Shown here: piece by piece, positions 1 to 13,776 of the stretch
Position numbering within the stretch: position 1 is the stretch's first letter
Layout of the letters: every line of letters starts with the position of its first letter
NCBI GenBank assembly: GCA_041242255.1
Contig: JBESAV010000001.1
Coordinates: 640,001 to 704,000, forward strand
From: Candidatus Altimarinota bacterium
Lineage (GTDB): Bacteria > Patescibacteriota > Gracilibacteria > UBA1369 > GCA-2718715
Direction: 5' to 3'
Length of the DNA: 64,000 nucleotides
Position numbers and translations under genes: made by a program
Notes under the pieces: model-generated
Database searches by the model: none
What the model saw: the letters and a program-made list of their open reading frames with translations, nothing else
Told to the model about the DNA's origin: nothing

Positions 1-335
1 ATCAATTGCATAGTATCATATATAGCCAACCCAGCAGTCACATGCCCACCCGGACTTTGTATATACATAGTTATATCTTTCTCAGGATCTTCTTGTTCCA
101 AAAATAAAAGCTGCGAAACAATACTATTAGCAACTTGATCATTTATTCCACTTCCCAAAACAATAATTCTATCTTTTAAAAGTCTTGAATATATATCGTA
201 TGCCCTCTCTCCATTTGCACTCTTTTCAATAACCATTGGAGTCAGAACAGTATTTGTCACCGGATTAGCACTTCCATGACCACTATCATTCATAGAAAAT
301 CCACTCCCATTATTATGTACAGATGTTAGTACCAT
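1..335 (-). CDS. clpP: ATP-dependent Clp protease proteolytic subunit (5' part; runs off window start)
   Basis: Not in ORF track. Manual translation gives ...[29 protein letters not shown]...[37 protein letters not shown]. In-frame ATGs at 335 and 293. Confidence 0.93.
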   Translation of the reverse strand, partial: MVLTSVHNNGSGFSMNDSGHGSANPVTNTVLTPMVIEKSANGERAYDIYSRLLKDRIIVLGSGINDQVANSIVSQLLFLEQEDPEKDITMYIQSPGGHVTAGLAIYDTMQL

Positions 336-462
336 ATTTTGTTCATTTAAATCTAACAACAAACATTATAATTCCCATATCTAAAAAAGCCAGCCATCCC
401 ACATTTTTAAGAAACTTAAAGAATTACTTTCATGATCCTAAAGCCAAAACCCAACTTTAATA

Positions 463-562
463 AAAAAAGTCACAAAAAAGGTTTGACTTAACAACTCCTC
501 TGAGTATAATGCCTATGCTTTCAAACAACAGAGAGACGGAAGGAAGCCAAGATCATTAACAG
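463..562 (+). promoter_or_regulatory. 16S rRNA promoter and leader (A-tracts, -35, -10, boxA-like)
   Basis: TTGACT 483-488, 16-bp spacer, TATAAT 505-510, upstream A-tracts, GATCATTAACAG 551-562. Near-identical copy at 4179-4278. Confidence 0.85.
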
Positions 563-654
563 TTAGTTCACAACAGAGAATTAATCTTGATTGTATTTTA
601 AAAACAATTGAACATTTATAGTTCAGGATTTTAAGCATTATGCTTAGAACTTTT

Positions 655-2136
<1,482 letters not shown>

Positions 2137-2253
2137 TATAGGAGATGCCACACTCTAGTAATAGAAGTGTCAGGTATGATTGAACGGTAGACTTCATGTC
2201 TACGAGACATTCAAGTAATTATTTCTCTGTTGTGCACTGATTGTTAAAACATT

Positions 2254-2281
2254 AAAACTACCCTAATAGGTAGTTTTTTTT
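2254..2281 (+). terminator. intrinsic terminator of the 16S unit
   Basis: AAAACTACC-ctaata-GGTAGTTTT hairpin followed by a T-tract, downstream of the trailer (2211-2236) that pairs with leader 567-590. Confidence 0.85.
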
Positions 2282-2320
2282 GTGTTTTATGTTATAATTA
2301 TAAGATTTAAATAAATCTTC

Positions 2321-3151
2321 ATGGTTATGATGCCATCATATAGTGATTTCGAAAGCAATGAAGGAGCTAACCTAAGTCTAGATAACCAAAGTCTTGAGCC
2401 AGGAACAGAACTTCTAGATCAAGCAGATATTAATTTTCTGATGGAAGAGATAGTATCAGTATTAGACGATCCAAAGATAAATAGCCAAGCAATATTCTTA
2501 AACAACACCCCTCAAACAAAAGGTGAACTATATGAGTACACTGAAACTATATATGGTATTGCTCAGCAAGCATTAATAAATGATTCTGACCTACTAGGAA
2601 ACGCTCAGCTTTTTAGTCTTTTAGATAAATGTACTCAGATGCTTAAGCAAAATCTACCAGAATCAGAGCACAAAAACTATCAGACTGCACTTGTTGAATC
2701 TTATATGATAGGACTCCAGGCGGGATTATTTCTAGAGGAATCTACAGATACAAACCAGACTGAAGAATCACTAGATTTTCAAGATCATTTTTTCTCTCCT
2801 GAAGAAGTAGTTAGGGCTATGCAAATGTATGAAAGTTTTGGTCTAAAAAGAGATGGTGCAATCATCGATAGTATTAATGAGATTAATGTAATTGGGGCTA
2901 ATGAGTTAAGAACACTAGGCGAAACAATTTATAAATCGTATTCCACTGCACTAGAAAGAGGTTACCGTCCAACTCCGCTAGACTACGAACTACTATCCGG
3001 GATATCAAAAAACCTCAATATACTATCGAGGTCTAATAATTATAACTATGCTAATGATATTCTAATTCAAGCTGAGCTTGGTGGAATAGCAGAGCAGACT
3101 AGTAAAGCTACAGCTAAGGTACTAAACCAAGATGCTAACTCTTCTTCCTAA
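2321..3151 (+). CDS. hypothetical acidic protein (276 aa)
   Basis: Long ORF, upstream TATAAT, no recognised motif. Confidence 0.7.
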   Translation: MVMMPSYSDFESNEGANLSLDNQSLEPGTELLDQADINFLMEEIVSVLDDPKINSQAIFLNNTPQTKGELYEYTETIYGIAQQALINDSDLLGNAQLFSLLDKCTQMLKQNLPESEHKNYQTALVESYMIGLQAGLFLEESTDTNQTEESLDFQDHFFSPEEVVRAMQMYESFGLKRDGAIIDSINEINVIGANELRTLGETIYKSYSTALERGYRPTPLDYELLSGISKNLNILSRSNNYNYANDILIQAELGGIAEQTSKATAKVLNQDANSSS

Positions 3152-3536
3152 AGATTTCATTATAAAAATCAACTGAATTAGCTTTGAAGATAAGTCTCCA
3201 AGTAAAGAAAACTAAGACAAAAGTTATAAGAATAAATGCTTTTTTGATAGGTAAAAATATAGCTAGTATAGGATAACTATATCCACAGAAAGCACAGAAG
3301 ATAAACACCCCTATTAAACTCATATAAGCCTCAGATACCTCATCTTTTTCTGCTTTATCTTTATTATACCTTTTATAGGCTTGGTAATTTCTCCGAGCAA
3401 ACTCAAAGTATCCAAGTATTACAGTAGTATTTGCTAAAACCATCAAGCCAACCCAAAACCAGTCATTTTGCATACAATCAATAAGAGTCATATACATGCC
3501 TTCAGGCCCAGTCATCATCCATTCAATAATACCCAT
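3135..3536 (-). CDS. 3-TM membrane protein resembling an ethylene-receptor ligand-binding domain
   Basis: Three hydrophobic segments. Pattern C...W..LMVLANxxxxxxYF...FIFC parallels bacterial/plant EBD (C.LW...LHVVSD......YF...FI..C). Assignment tentative. Confidence 0.6.
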   Translation of the reverse strand: MGIIEWMMTGPEGMYMTLIDCMQNDWFWVGLMVLANTTVILGYFEFARRNYQAYKRYNKDKAEKDEVSEAYMSLIGVFIFCAFCGYSYPILAIFLPIKKAFILITFVLVFFTWRLIFKANSVDFYNEIFRKKS

Positions 3537-3649
3537 TAATAAATATTAAATTATTCCTAAAATTTATAACTCAAAAACTCTAATCCACAAAGGATTTAAA
3601 GCCTCAATAAAGTCAATAGCCTATACAAAAAACACCACTATTTTATAAG

Positions 3650-3727
3650 TGGTGGGCGATGGAAGACTTGAACTTCCGACCTCTACATTATCAGTGTAGC
3701 GCTCTAACCAGGCTGAGCTAATCGCCC
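3650..3727 (-). tRNA. tRNA-Ile(GAT)
   Basis: Reverse complement GGGCGATTAGCTCAGCCTGGTTAGAGCG-CTACA-CTGATAA-TGTAG...GTTCAAG...TCGCCCACCA; CCA encoded. Confidence 0.97.
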
Positions 3728-3752
3728 ATGCTTAATCATCAGAATATAAAAG

Positions 3753-3829
3753 TGGTGGAGCATAACGGAGTCGAACCGTTGACCTCCTGCGTGCAAAGCA
3801 GGCGCTCTAGCCAGCTGAGCTAATGCCCC
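3753..3829 (-). tRNA. tRNA-Ala(TGC)
   Basis: Reverse complement GGGGCATTAGCTCAGCTGGCTAGAGCG-CCTGC-TTTGCAC-GCAGG...GTTCGAC...TGCTCCACCA; G3-U70 present. Confidence 0.97.
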
Positions 3830-3839
3830 ACAAATCGGT

Positions 3840-3889
3840 CTTTAATGATCAAAGCACGGTCATCTTACCAATAATCTTTTAAACTGCAA
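3840..3889 (-). promoter_or_regulatory. promoter and boxA-like motif for the tRNA-Ala-Ile unit
   Basis: Minus strand TTGCAG (3889-3884), 16 bp, TAAGAT (3867-3862), then GATCATTAAAG (3850-3840), which resembles the rRNA-leader motif. Confidence 0.6.
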
Positions 3890-3946
3890 GTAAATTTTCA
3901 TAAAAATTACATATATAATGAACCTATAATATTTCACATAACAGTA

Positions 3947-4180
3947 ATGAGAATTTTACTATCTATATTAGGTATCATATCTGGTCTTTTAATAATTAAA
4001 TATAGAGAACCTATATATAGATTCACTGGAAAGTTTGGTTTTGCAGAGAAATATTTTGGGAGCGGAGGCACTCTTTCCTTCTATCTAATATTCGGATCTT
4101 TTTTAGTCATTTTATCTATAGTTTATGGCTCAGGATTTCTAGAAAATATAATCAGTAAGCTCTTTTCTAGGTTTTTCTAA
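3947..4180 (+). CDS. small membrane protein (77 aa)
   Basis: Two hydrophobic helices flanking FTG..FAEKY.G.GGT. Stop codon abuts the 23S promoter. Confidence 0.75.
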   Translation: MRILLSILGIISGLLIIKYREPIYRFTGKFGFAEKYFGSGGTLSFYLIFGSFLVILSIVYGSGFLENIISKLFSRFF

Positions 4181-4278
4181 AAAAGTCACAAAAAAGGTTT
4201 GACTTACTCTTTCGCCTGAGTATAATGCCTATGCTTTCAAACAACAGAGAGACGGAAGGAAGCCAAGATCATTGACAG
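4179..4278 (+). promoter_or_regulatory. 23S-5S promoter and leader (repeat of 463-562)
   Basis: TTGACT 4199-4204, 16 bp, TATAAT 4221-4226, GATCATTGACAG 4267-4278. Confidence 0.85.
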
Positions 4279-4379
4279 AAAGATGTGAAAAGTAATTTTA
4301 CTGAAATAACGATAGTAATGATAATTAAAAGACACCAAAAACAAGTACTTGTTGAAACAAGTGCTGGTTAAAACTGTAA

Positions 4380-7331
<2,952 letters not shown>

Positions 7332-7479
7332 TTACAGAAACCTCAGCTCAGAGATTTACTTATAAGATCTTGTAGGTAAAAACTTTGTGCTGACATTTAA
7401 CCAGCTCTTGTCTTAACAAGTTGAGTTAAAAACTATTACTTTTCACAATCTTTCTTCAATACTAAGAAGAGAGATTTTA

Positions 7480-7588
7480 CCTTGGTGCTTATAGATGGTG
7501 GGGTACACCTGTTCCCATTTCGAACACAGAAGTTAAGCCACTATTCGCCGATGATACTGTTCAACGGTAAAGTAGGGCGGCGCCAAGG
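7480..7588 (+). rRNA. rrf: 5S rRNA
   Basis: CCTTGGTG...ACACCTGTTCCCATTTCGAACACAGAAGTTAAGC...CGCCGATGATACT...AGTAGG..CGCCAAGG. Confidence 0.96.
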
Positions 7589-7659
7589 TAAAGTCTCTCT
7601 TTTTTATTTACAAAAAATACATAATTCTTAATAATAAATTTATATTAAGAATTTTTTTT

Positions 7660-7836
7660 ATGTCTGAGAAATTACCAGAATCAACGAGTACCGATAAGAA
7701 TACTGAGAAGAAAGATGTTAATAAAAAAAGACCAGAAGATTTAAGAAGATCTTTTAGAGAAGCTTTTGGCAGTCTAATAGATAAAGTAAATATTCCTAAA
7801 GACTCAGAAAATAACTCACTTAGCGAAGAAGAGTAA
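7660..7836 (+). CDS. putative small charged protein (58 aa)
   Basis: Manual: MSEKLPESTSTDKNTEKKDVNKKRPEDLRRSFREAFGSLIDKVNIPKDSENNSLSEEE. Below ORF-track cutoff; fills the gap after 5S. Confidence 0.5.
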   Translation: MSEKLPESTSTDKNTEKKDVNKKRPEDLRRSFREAFGSLIDKVNIPKDSENNSLSEEE

Positions 7837-8553
7837 AAACTTCTTATTTAGCTCTACTAGCATTTTCATAAACATTACATAGACATACACCCTTTCATAT
7901 AGGTATTCAGATTCAATACCCTCATAGTCCTCAAAATGGGGTTCAACAGCAATTCTAGCATTTATAATAAGAAATCTAGTAATTCTTTTATAGTGTGATA
8001 GCACAAAATCTAACTCAATAGAATTAGGATTTTCGATATATTGCTTCGTTACCCTTTCCACAAGGATATACAAAGTCTCAAGTTCTTTTAAGTGACGAAA
8101 TTCTCTTCTCTTAATAAATTCACCTATTTTGTTTGCATGGCTTTGAGACATATTAAACACATCACTATCCAATAGATTAGCTATTGCAGGTCTAGTTGAT
8201 CTCAAGTTAGGAGAGTAAGACAACAAATCTTCAATACCTTTATCCTTGAACTCGTCTATAACCTCTTTAAAGCAATGCTTTATCTCTATAATTTCTGGAT
8301 TTAATCCTACATAGTCTAAATCATCCTTAATTTTAGAACCTGGTTTAGTATCAAGTATAGAATCTTCAATACCATTGAGTACTTCAATAAAACTATAAAA
8401 AAGATCAACATCTGTATCCTCTTCTAGAGTTTCTTGTTCAGCCTTATGGAACTCTTCAAGGTACATTCTCATCTTAGGTTCATGCTCAAACAAAAAATTT
8501 CTCATCTCAACAATCCTTTCTTGAAGCTTATTACCTTCTTTTATTCTTTCCAT
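7816..8553 (-). CDS. hypothetical protein (245 aa)
   Basis: ORF 2 bp downstream of the VirB4-N-like gene; no recognised motif. Confidence 0.7.
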   Translation of the reverse strand: MERIKEGNKLQERIVEMRNFLFEHEPKMRMYLEEFHKAEQETLEEDTDVDLFYSFIEVLNGIEDSILDTKPGSKIKDDLDYVGLNPEIIEIKHCFKEVIDEFKDKGIEDLLSYSPNLRSTRPAIANLLDSDVFNMSQSHANKIGEFIKRREFRHLKELETLYILVERVTKQYIENPNSIELDFVLSHYKRITRFLIINARIAVEPHFEDYEGIESEYLYERVYVYVMFMKMLVELNKKFLLFFAK

Positions 8554-8555
8554 TT

Positions 8556-9245
8556 CTACAGATTTACATCTTGATTTCTTGAAACCTCAGGGTTGTATGA
8601 AGAGTAATAAAGCTTAACCAATTCAAGAGTGTTAAGTCTCTTAATTTTCAAACCACAATTCTCAAGTCCAGATTCAATCGTACTAACTCTTGAATCAAGG
8701 CCTTTTTTCAATCTACTAAAATTTTTCTTCTTATAAACATAATCTGAATAAGATTCTTTACCTTTCATCCGATCCAAGAATTTACCTAGTAGCGAGCTTT
8801 TTTTCTTCACCAAGGCTTCATATGGCACTACTACATAAAATTTCTTTTCCATAATATCAGCATATTCAAGCAACCTTTTAATGTAATCAACATACTCCAA
8901 AGTCTGCTGCTTCAAAAGTTCATTAGTTTGATCATTAGACTTAGCAGATAAACTATTCAAATAAGTATCAAGCTCCAGCTTTCTAGACTGAATAACTATC
9001 TGAACTGGATGCTCTAGAGTATTTAGAAAAGATTGATAAGAGCTTATAATCGCAGTTTGCTCAGCTTCTGATTTTAGATTGAAATTAACAGCACTCACCT
9101 CAAGTACAGCCCTAACACCACCATTCTTCAATATAACAGTGTCATTTGTAATCTCAGATATTCTTAAGTGTCTCTGAGTTGATGAGTTAGCAGCATTTTT
9201 TGCTGATTTAACTTTGGCTTTCTTTTCATTCAGAATGGTATTCAT
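8556..9245 (-). CDS. TraC/VirB4 N-terminal-like protein
   Basis: STQxHLxI.EI....VILKNG..RAVLEVSAVNFNLKSE.EQ..II..YQ.FLN.L..PVQI pattern, typical of PrgI-adjacent conjugation proteins. No ATPase motif. Confidence 0.75.
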   Translation of the reverse strand: MNTILNEKKAKVKSAKNAANSSTQRHLRISEITNDTVILKNGGVRAVLEVSAVNFNLKSEAEQTAIISSYQSFLNTLEHPVQIVIQSRKLELDTYLNSLSAKSNDQTNELLKQQTLEYVDYIKRLLEYADIMEKKFYVVVPYEALVKKKSSLLGKFLDRMKGKESYSDYVYKKKNFSRLKKGLDSRVSTIESGLENCGLKIKRLNTLELVKLYYSSYNPEVSRNQDVNL

Positions 9246-9248
9246 ATT

Positions 9249-9668
9249 TTATAAGTCTAATTTTTTACTAATTTCCTCCAACTCTTCTCGGTTAGTTTTT
9301 TTTGGTTCTAAATTAATTTTATCAGATATTCCTACTTCTGGAACCTTGTTAAACACTGACAAGAAAAATTCATCTTTTTCTTTGAACCAATTTCTTTTTT
9401 TAGGCTTGAAAACGTATTCTAACATGTAAAAAAAGAACACATAGAACTTCATATCGAAAATCTTCACAAACGCCACTGTCAGCGTTATACCAGCCATTAC
9501 AGCAACCACTGGCCCCCACACCGCAATTCCTATGCCTTGGCTAGCAAAAAACAAGTATGCGACATAAGTTAGACCTCCACCAATCAAACTTATCGCAAGC
9601 TGCATAAAGGTGACAGGACCAACAATAGTATCCTCCCTTTGAACATTTTGTGGAATTTGATATCTCAT
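9249..9668 (-). CDS. PrgI family membrane protein
   Basis: YQIPQNVQREDTIVGPVTFMQL, two TM helices, then PKKRNW. Confidence 0.85.
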   Translation of the reverse strand: MRYQIPQNVQREDTIVGPVTFMQLAISLIGGGLTYVAYLFFASQGIGIAVWGPVVAVMAGITLTVAFVKIFDMKFYVFFFYMLEYVFKPKKRNWFKEKDEFFLSVFNKVPEVGISDKINLEPKKTNREELEEISKKLDL

Positions 9669-9786
9669 ACATTGAATTAATCATATAATTATACCAGAAA
9701 ATAAGCATTGAAGCAAAACCCATACTAGCTTGAAGCAATAGACTTTTTCCCATTAATTCATTACATTACAGAAAAATAAACTTTAT

Positions 9787-11601
9787 ATGACAAAAAATAT
9801 TAGAAATTTCTCCATCATTGCACATATTGACCATGGGAAATCAACACTTGCAGATCGTATGCTTGAAATGACAAGCACTCTAAATCAACATCAAATGAAG
9901 CATGATCAAATGCTTGATACTATGGATTTAGAGCAAGAAAGAGGAATTACCATCAAACTTCAGCCGGTTCGCATGAAGCACAAAAAAGATGGGCAAGAGT
10001 ATATTTTGAATCTTATTGATACTCCAGGTCATGTGGATTTTGCATATGAAGTATCTAGAAGTTTAGCCGCCTGTGAAGGAGCAATCCTAGTAGTTGACGC
10101 CAGTCAAGGAATAGAAGCCCAAACTTTGGCTAATACATACATGGCCTTAGAGCATGATCTAGAAATCATACCAGTCCTAAACAAAATAGATCTTCCTCAG
10201 GCAAACCCAGAAAAAGTTGCCCAAGAAATCTCCGATGTTCTTGGGATTGATACATCTGAAATATTGTCAATTTCTGCCAAAAACGGAACAAACGTAGACA
10301 AGTTACTTGACCAAATCATTGAAAAAGTTCCAGCTCCAAATCATACTGAAAGCCCAGAGAGTAAAGCTTTAGTCTTTGATTCAGTTTACGATCCATACAA
10401 AGGAGTAGTAACCTTTGTAAGGGTAGTTCAAGGAGAAATAGCCAAAAAAGATAAAGTAACACTTTTAAATACAAGAAATGATTTCGAAGTTCTAGAGGTT
10501 GGTTACTTTAGCCCATCATACTTAGAGTCAAAGTCCTTGAAAGAAGGTGAAGTTGGATATATTGTTACTGGGTTTAAATCAGTTGGTGAGGCCAGAGTAG
10601 GGGACACCATCTGGAAAACAACCGACAAAAAGTCTGCTCCTCTTGAGGAAGCTAAACCTCTTCCAGGTTATGAAAAAGTTAATCCATTTGTATTCGCAAG
10701 TATATATTGTACTGACTCAAGCGATTATCCATTACTTAGAGATGCCTTAGATAAACTAAGCCTTAACGACTCAGCCGTAACTTTTGAACCAGAAAGGTCT
10801 GGTGCACTAGGAAACGGATTCAGGTGCGGGTTCTTAGGGTTACTTCATTTGGATATCGTTCAAGAAAGGTTAGAACGAGAGTATGACCTAGATCTAGTTG
10901 TGACAGCTCCATCCGTTTCGTATTACGTAAACAAAAATGATGGTGAAAAAATCCTAGTATCAAACCCTTCCCAACTACCAGATCCAGCTTATATAGATAG
11001 TTTAGAGGAGCCTTGGGTTAAGACAGAAATTATGGTTCCATCAGAGTACATTGGACCAGTCATGACCCTTTGCCAAGATAAGCGAGGTGTGAGTAAAGGA
11101 ATGGATTATCTAAATAACGACAGAGTAATCATCAAACATGAGCTACCTTTAGCTAGTTTAGTATTAGACTTTTACGATAGGTTAAAAAGCTCTACTTCAG
11201 GTTATGCTTCACTAAGTTACGAGTTCATGGAATACAGACAAGGTGATCTAGTTAAGCTAGACATATTAGTAAACAAAGAAACTGTTGATGCACTTGCCAA
11301 CATTGTTCACAGATCTGAAAGTCAAACTTTAGGTAAAACCATTGCAAAAAGACTTAAAAAACTAATACCAAGAGCACAGTTTGAAATACCAATTCAAGCT
11401 TCAATTGGCTCACACGTTATCGCAAGGGAAACTATTCCTGCTTTCCGTAAAGATGTAACTGCCAAGTTATATGGAGGTGATGTTACTCGTAAAAACAAAC
11501 TATTGAAAAAGCAGAAAGAAGGTAAAAAGAGAATGAAACAAGTTGGAAGTGTAAACATACCGCAAAAAGCCTTCCTAGCAGTTCTACAAAAAGATGATTA
11601 A
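9787..11601 (+). CDS. lepA: elongation factor 4
   Basis: [60 protein letters not shown]. Confidence 0.98.
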   Translation: MTKNIRNFSIIAHIDHGKSTLADRMLEMTSTLNQHQMKHDQMLDTMDLEQERGITIKLQPVRMKHKKDGQEYILNLIDTPGHVDFAYEVSRSLAACEGAILVVDASQGIEAQTLANTYMALEHDLEIIPVLNKIDLPQANPEKVAQEISDVLGIDTSEILSISAKNGTNVDKLLDQIIEKVPAPNHTESPESKALVFDSVYDPYKGVVTFVRVVQGEIAKKDKVTLLNTRNDFEVLEVGYFSPSYLESKSLKEGEVGYIVTGFKSVGEARVGDTIWKTTDKKSAPLEEAKPLPGYEKVNPFVFASIYCTDSSDYPLLRDALDKLSLNDSAVTFEPERSGALGNGFRCGFLGLLHLDIVQERLEREYDLDLVVTAPSVSYYVNKNDGEKILVSNPSQLPDPAYIDSLEEPWVKTEIMVPSEYIGPVMTLCQDKRGVSKGMDYLNNDRVIIKHELPLASLVLDFYDRLKSSTSGYASLSYEFMEYRQGDLVKLDILVNKETVDALANIVHRSESQTLGKTIAKRLKKLIPRAQFEIPIQASIGSHVIARETIPAFRKDVTAKLYGGDVTRKNKLLKKQKEGKKRMKQVGSVNIPQKAFLAVLQKDD

Positions 11602-12317
11602 GCCTTAGTATCTAAGAGCTTTTTCACATACTGCATTTCTTCGGTAGAAAGCTCTTTGTATTGACCAGGTTCAAGATCACCTATAGAAATTTCCCCAGCT
11701 CTTATCCTTTTTAGCTTATGTATCTTAATATCAAGCATTCTACACATCCTACGGATCTGTCTGTTTCTACCTTCTTTTAGAATTATCCCAAATTTCCTAG
11801 ATGAAATTCTATATACCTCAGCTGGACGAGTTGTATATCCATCTAAACGGAATTCATCACTTAGATCTTCCAACTCATAATCTTTAATAGGTCTAGCGGC
11901 TGTAACTTCATATTCTTTTTCTTTTTCAAACTTAGGATGAGTCATCTTATAAACAAGACGTCCATCATTTGTCATTAAAAGTAGTCCTTCTGACATTTTA
12001 TCAAGTCTCCCAACATAAGTAACACCATCAGGTATACCTTCAAGAACTTCGTAAATAGTACCTTTTACTTCATCTTTGATAACACACTCTAGTCCAACCG
12101 GTTTATTTAACTTTATGTAGACCCTTTCATCTTTCAGTCTCTCTAAAGTTTCTTCGTTTACAACAACTTCATCACTAGCAGGATCTATTTTTACCCCCAT
12201 TTCAGTAACAACTTTTCCATTTACTTTAACACTACCATCAGCAATTAGATCATCCGCACCTCTCCTTGATGCAATTCCTCTTTGCTGTATATATTTATTT
12301 AATCTTATTAAACTCAT
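11598..12317 (-). CDS. RsuA/RluB/RluF family rRNA pseudouridine synthase
   Basis: S4 domain (RLNKYI...SRRGAD), GRLD catalytic motif, [10 protein letters not shown]. Confidence 0.93.
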   Translation of the reverse strand: MSLIRLNKYIQQRGIASRRGADDLIADGSVKVNGKVVTEMGVKIDPASDEVVVNEETLERLKDERVYIKLNKPVGLECVIKDEVKGTIYEVLEGIPDGVTYVGRLDKMSEGLLLMTNDGRLVYKMTHPKFEKEKEYEVTAARPIKDYELEDLSDEFRLDGYTTRPAEVYRISSRKFGIILKEGRNRQIRRMCRMLDIKIHKLKRIRAGEISIGDLEPGQYKELSTEEMQYVKKLLDTKA

Positions 12318-12427
12318 CTATCTTTTTAAATCTATGCTAAATCATAACACACTTGTAAAAACTATCAATTTATTTGGTCAAAACAAATAATGAGTATAGA
12401 TTATATAAAACATTTAACTTAAAATTT

Positions 12428-13339
12428 ATGGAATTCTTATTTGTAGGATTTATCCTATTAGTAATGTTTATCTTTAGCTTCTTCTTTATTGTAAACACAA
12501 AAGAAGCTGCAGTTATTGAAACTTTTGGTAAATTCTCAAGTATCGCTGAAGCTGGTTTAAGAGTAAAAATACCTTTAATTCAAAGAATAGCAGGGAAGTT
12601 AAATCTAAAAATCCTAGAACTACCTGTAACGGTTGAAACTAAAACCAAAGATGACGTATTTGTAAAAGTAGTTATCAGTGTACAGTACATGGTTTCACCA
12701 GGTTTAGACAACATTGAGCAAGCTTTCTATTCACTAGATAACCCTGCTCGCCAGATAACAAGTTATGTATTTGATACTGTTAGATCTGAAGTTCCTGGAC
12801 TAGAACTTGATGAGGTTTTTGAAGAAAAAGCCAGAATCGCTGTAAGTATTGAGAAAGAGCTAAACGAAGTTATGAAAGGTTATGGATACACTATTGTTAA
12901 ATCACTTGTAACAGACATCGACCCAGATCAAAAAGTTAAAAATGCAATGAATGAAATCAATGCATCTAAACGTCTCAAGGAAGCAGCACGTGAAAAAGCA
13001 GAAGCCGAAAAAATTCAAGTGGTTGCAATAGCTGAAGCTGACGCAGAAAGTAAAAGACTTCAAGGTGAAGGTATAGCCAATCAAAGAAAAGCAATCGCCA
13101 ACGGTCTTCAAGAGTCTGCCGAAGACTTACAACAGGCCATTCCTGGAAGTGACGCTATGACAGTTATGAACCTTCTAATGGTAACTCAATACTTCGACAC
13201 ACTACAGGAAATGGCTAAATCAGGAGTAAATACTGTTTTCATGCCATCTAACCCGGGTGCTATCAACAACTACAGTGATGAAATCATGAAAGCCATGATC
13301 GGAGCTGATGTACACAACACTACTCAAAAACAAAAATAA
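12428..13339 (+). CDS. SPFH/band 7 domain protein
   Basis: N-terminal TM, ETKTKDDVFV, VFDTVRS, AMNEINA, VTQYFDTL. ATG 12428 preferred over TTG 12374. Confidence 0.92.
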   Translation: MEFLFVGFILLVMFIFSFFFIVNTKEAAVIETFGKFSSIAEAGLRVKIPLIQRIAGKLNLKILELPVTVETKTKDDVFVKVVISVQYMVSPGLDNIEQAFYSLDNPARQITSYVFDTVRSEVPGLELDEVFEEKARIAVSIEKELNEVMKGYGYTIVKSLVTDIDPDQKVKNAMNEINASKRLKEAAREKAEAEKIQVVAIAEADAESKRLQGEGIANQRKAIANGLQESAEDLQQAIPGSDAMTVMNLLMVTQYFDTLQEMAKSGVNTVFMPSNPGAINNYSDEIMKAMIGADVHNTTQKQK

Positions 13340-13776
13340 TGAGACATAAACTTATACCAGCCTGCTACATCATTTTAATTAAAGACAAAAAAGTTCTTAT
13401 GGTAGAGCGCTTTAATACTGGATATAAAGATGGTTTCTTAAGCCTTCCAGCTGGACATGTCGAACACAAAGAAGATGTTAAAAAAGCTGTTATACGTGAA
13501 GCTAAAGAAGAAATTAATGTTGATTTAGAACCTGAAGACATTCAAGAAAAAATTATTCTACATAGATATAATGATCCTAAAGATTTTGAATACATCGATT
13601 TCTTCTTCACGGCAAATAAATGGTTAGGAGAAATAAAAAATAATGAAGCTGACAAGTGCAGCCAATTAGTATGGGCTGATTTAAATCACTTAGAAGAGTA
13701 CAAAGTCATTCCGTATATAAAATATGTTCTAGATAATCTGGATGATACTCTCAAATTTCTAGAAATAGAGAACTAG
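13339..13776 (+). CDS. NUDIX hydrolase
   Basis: Nudix box GHVEHKEDVKKAVIREAKEEI. Confidence 0.92.
   Translation: MRHKLIPACYIILIKDKKVLMVERFNTGYKDGFLSLPAGHVEHKEDVKKAVIREAKEEINVDLEPEDIQEKIILHRYNDPKDFEYIDFFFTANKWLGEIKNNEADKCSQLVWADLNHLEEYKVIPYIKYVLDNLDDTLKFLEIEN

Noticed and set aside
537-547. CGGAAGGAAGC in both rRNA leaders resembles the SRP RNA helix 8 sequence
   Set aside because: No flanking CAGG/AGCAG loop or long hairpin; it is part of the duplicated leader.
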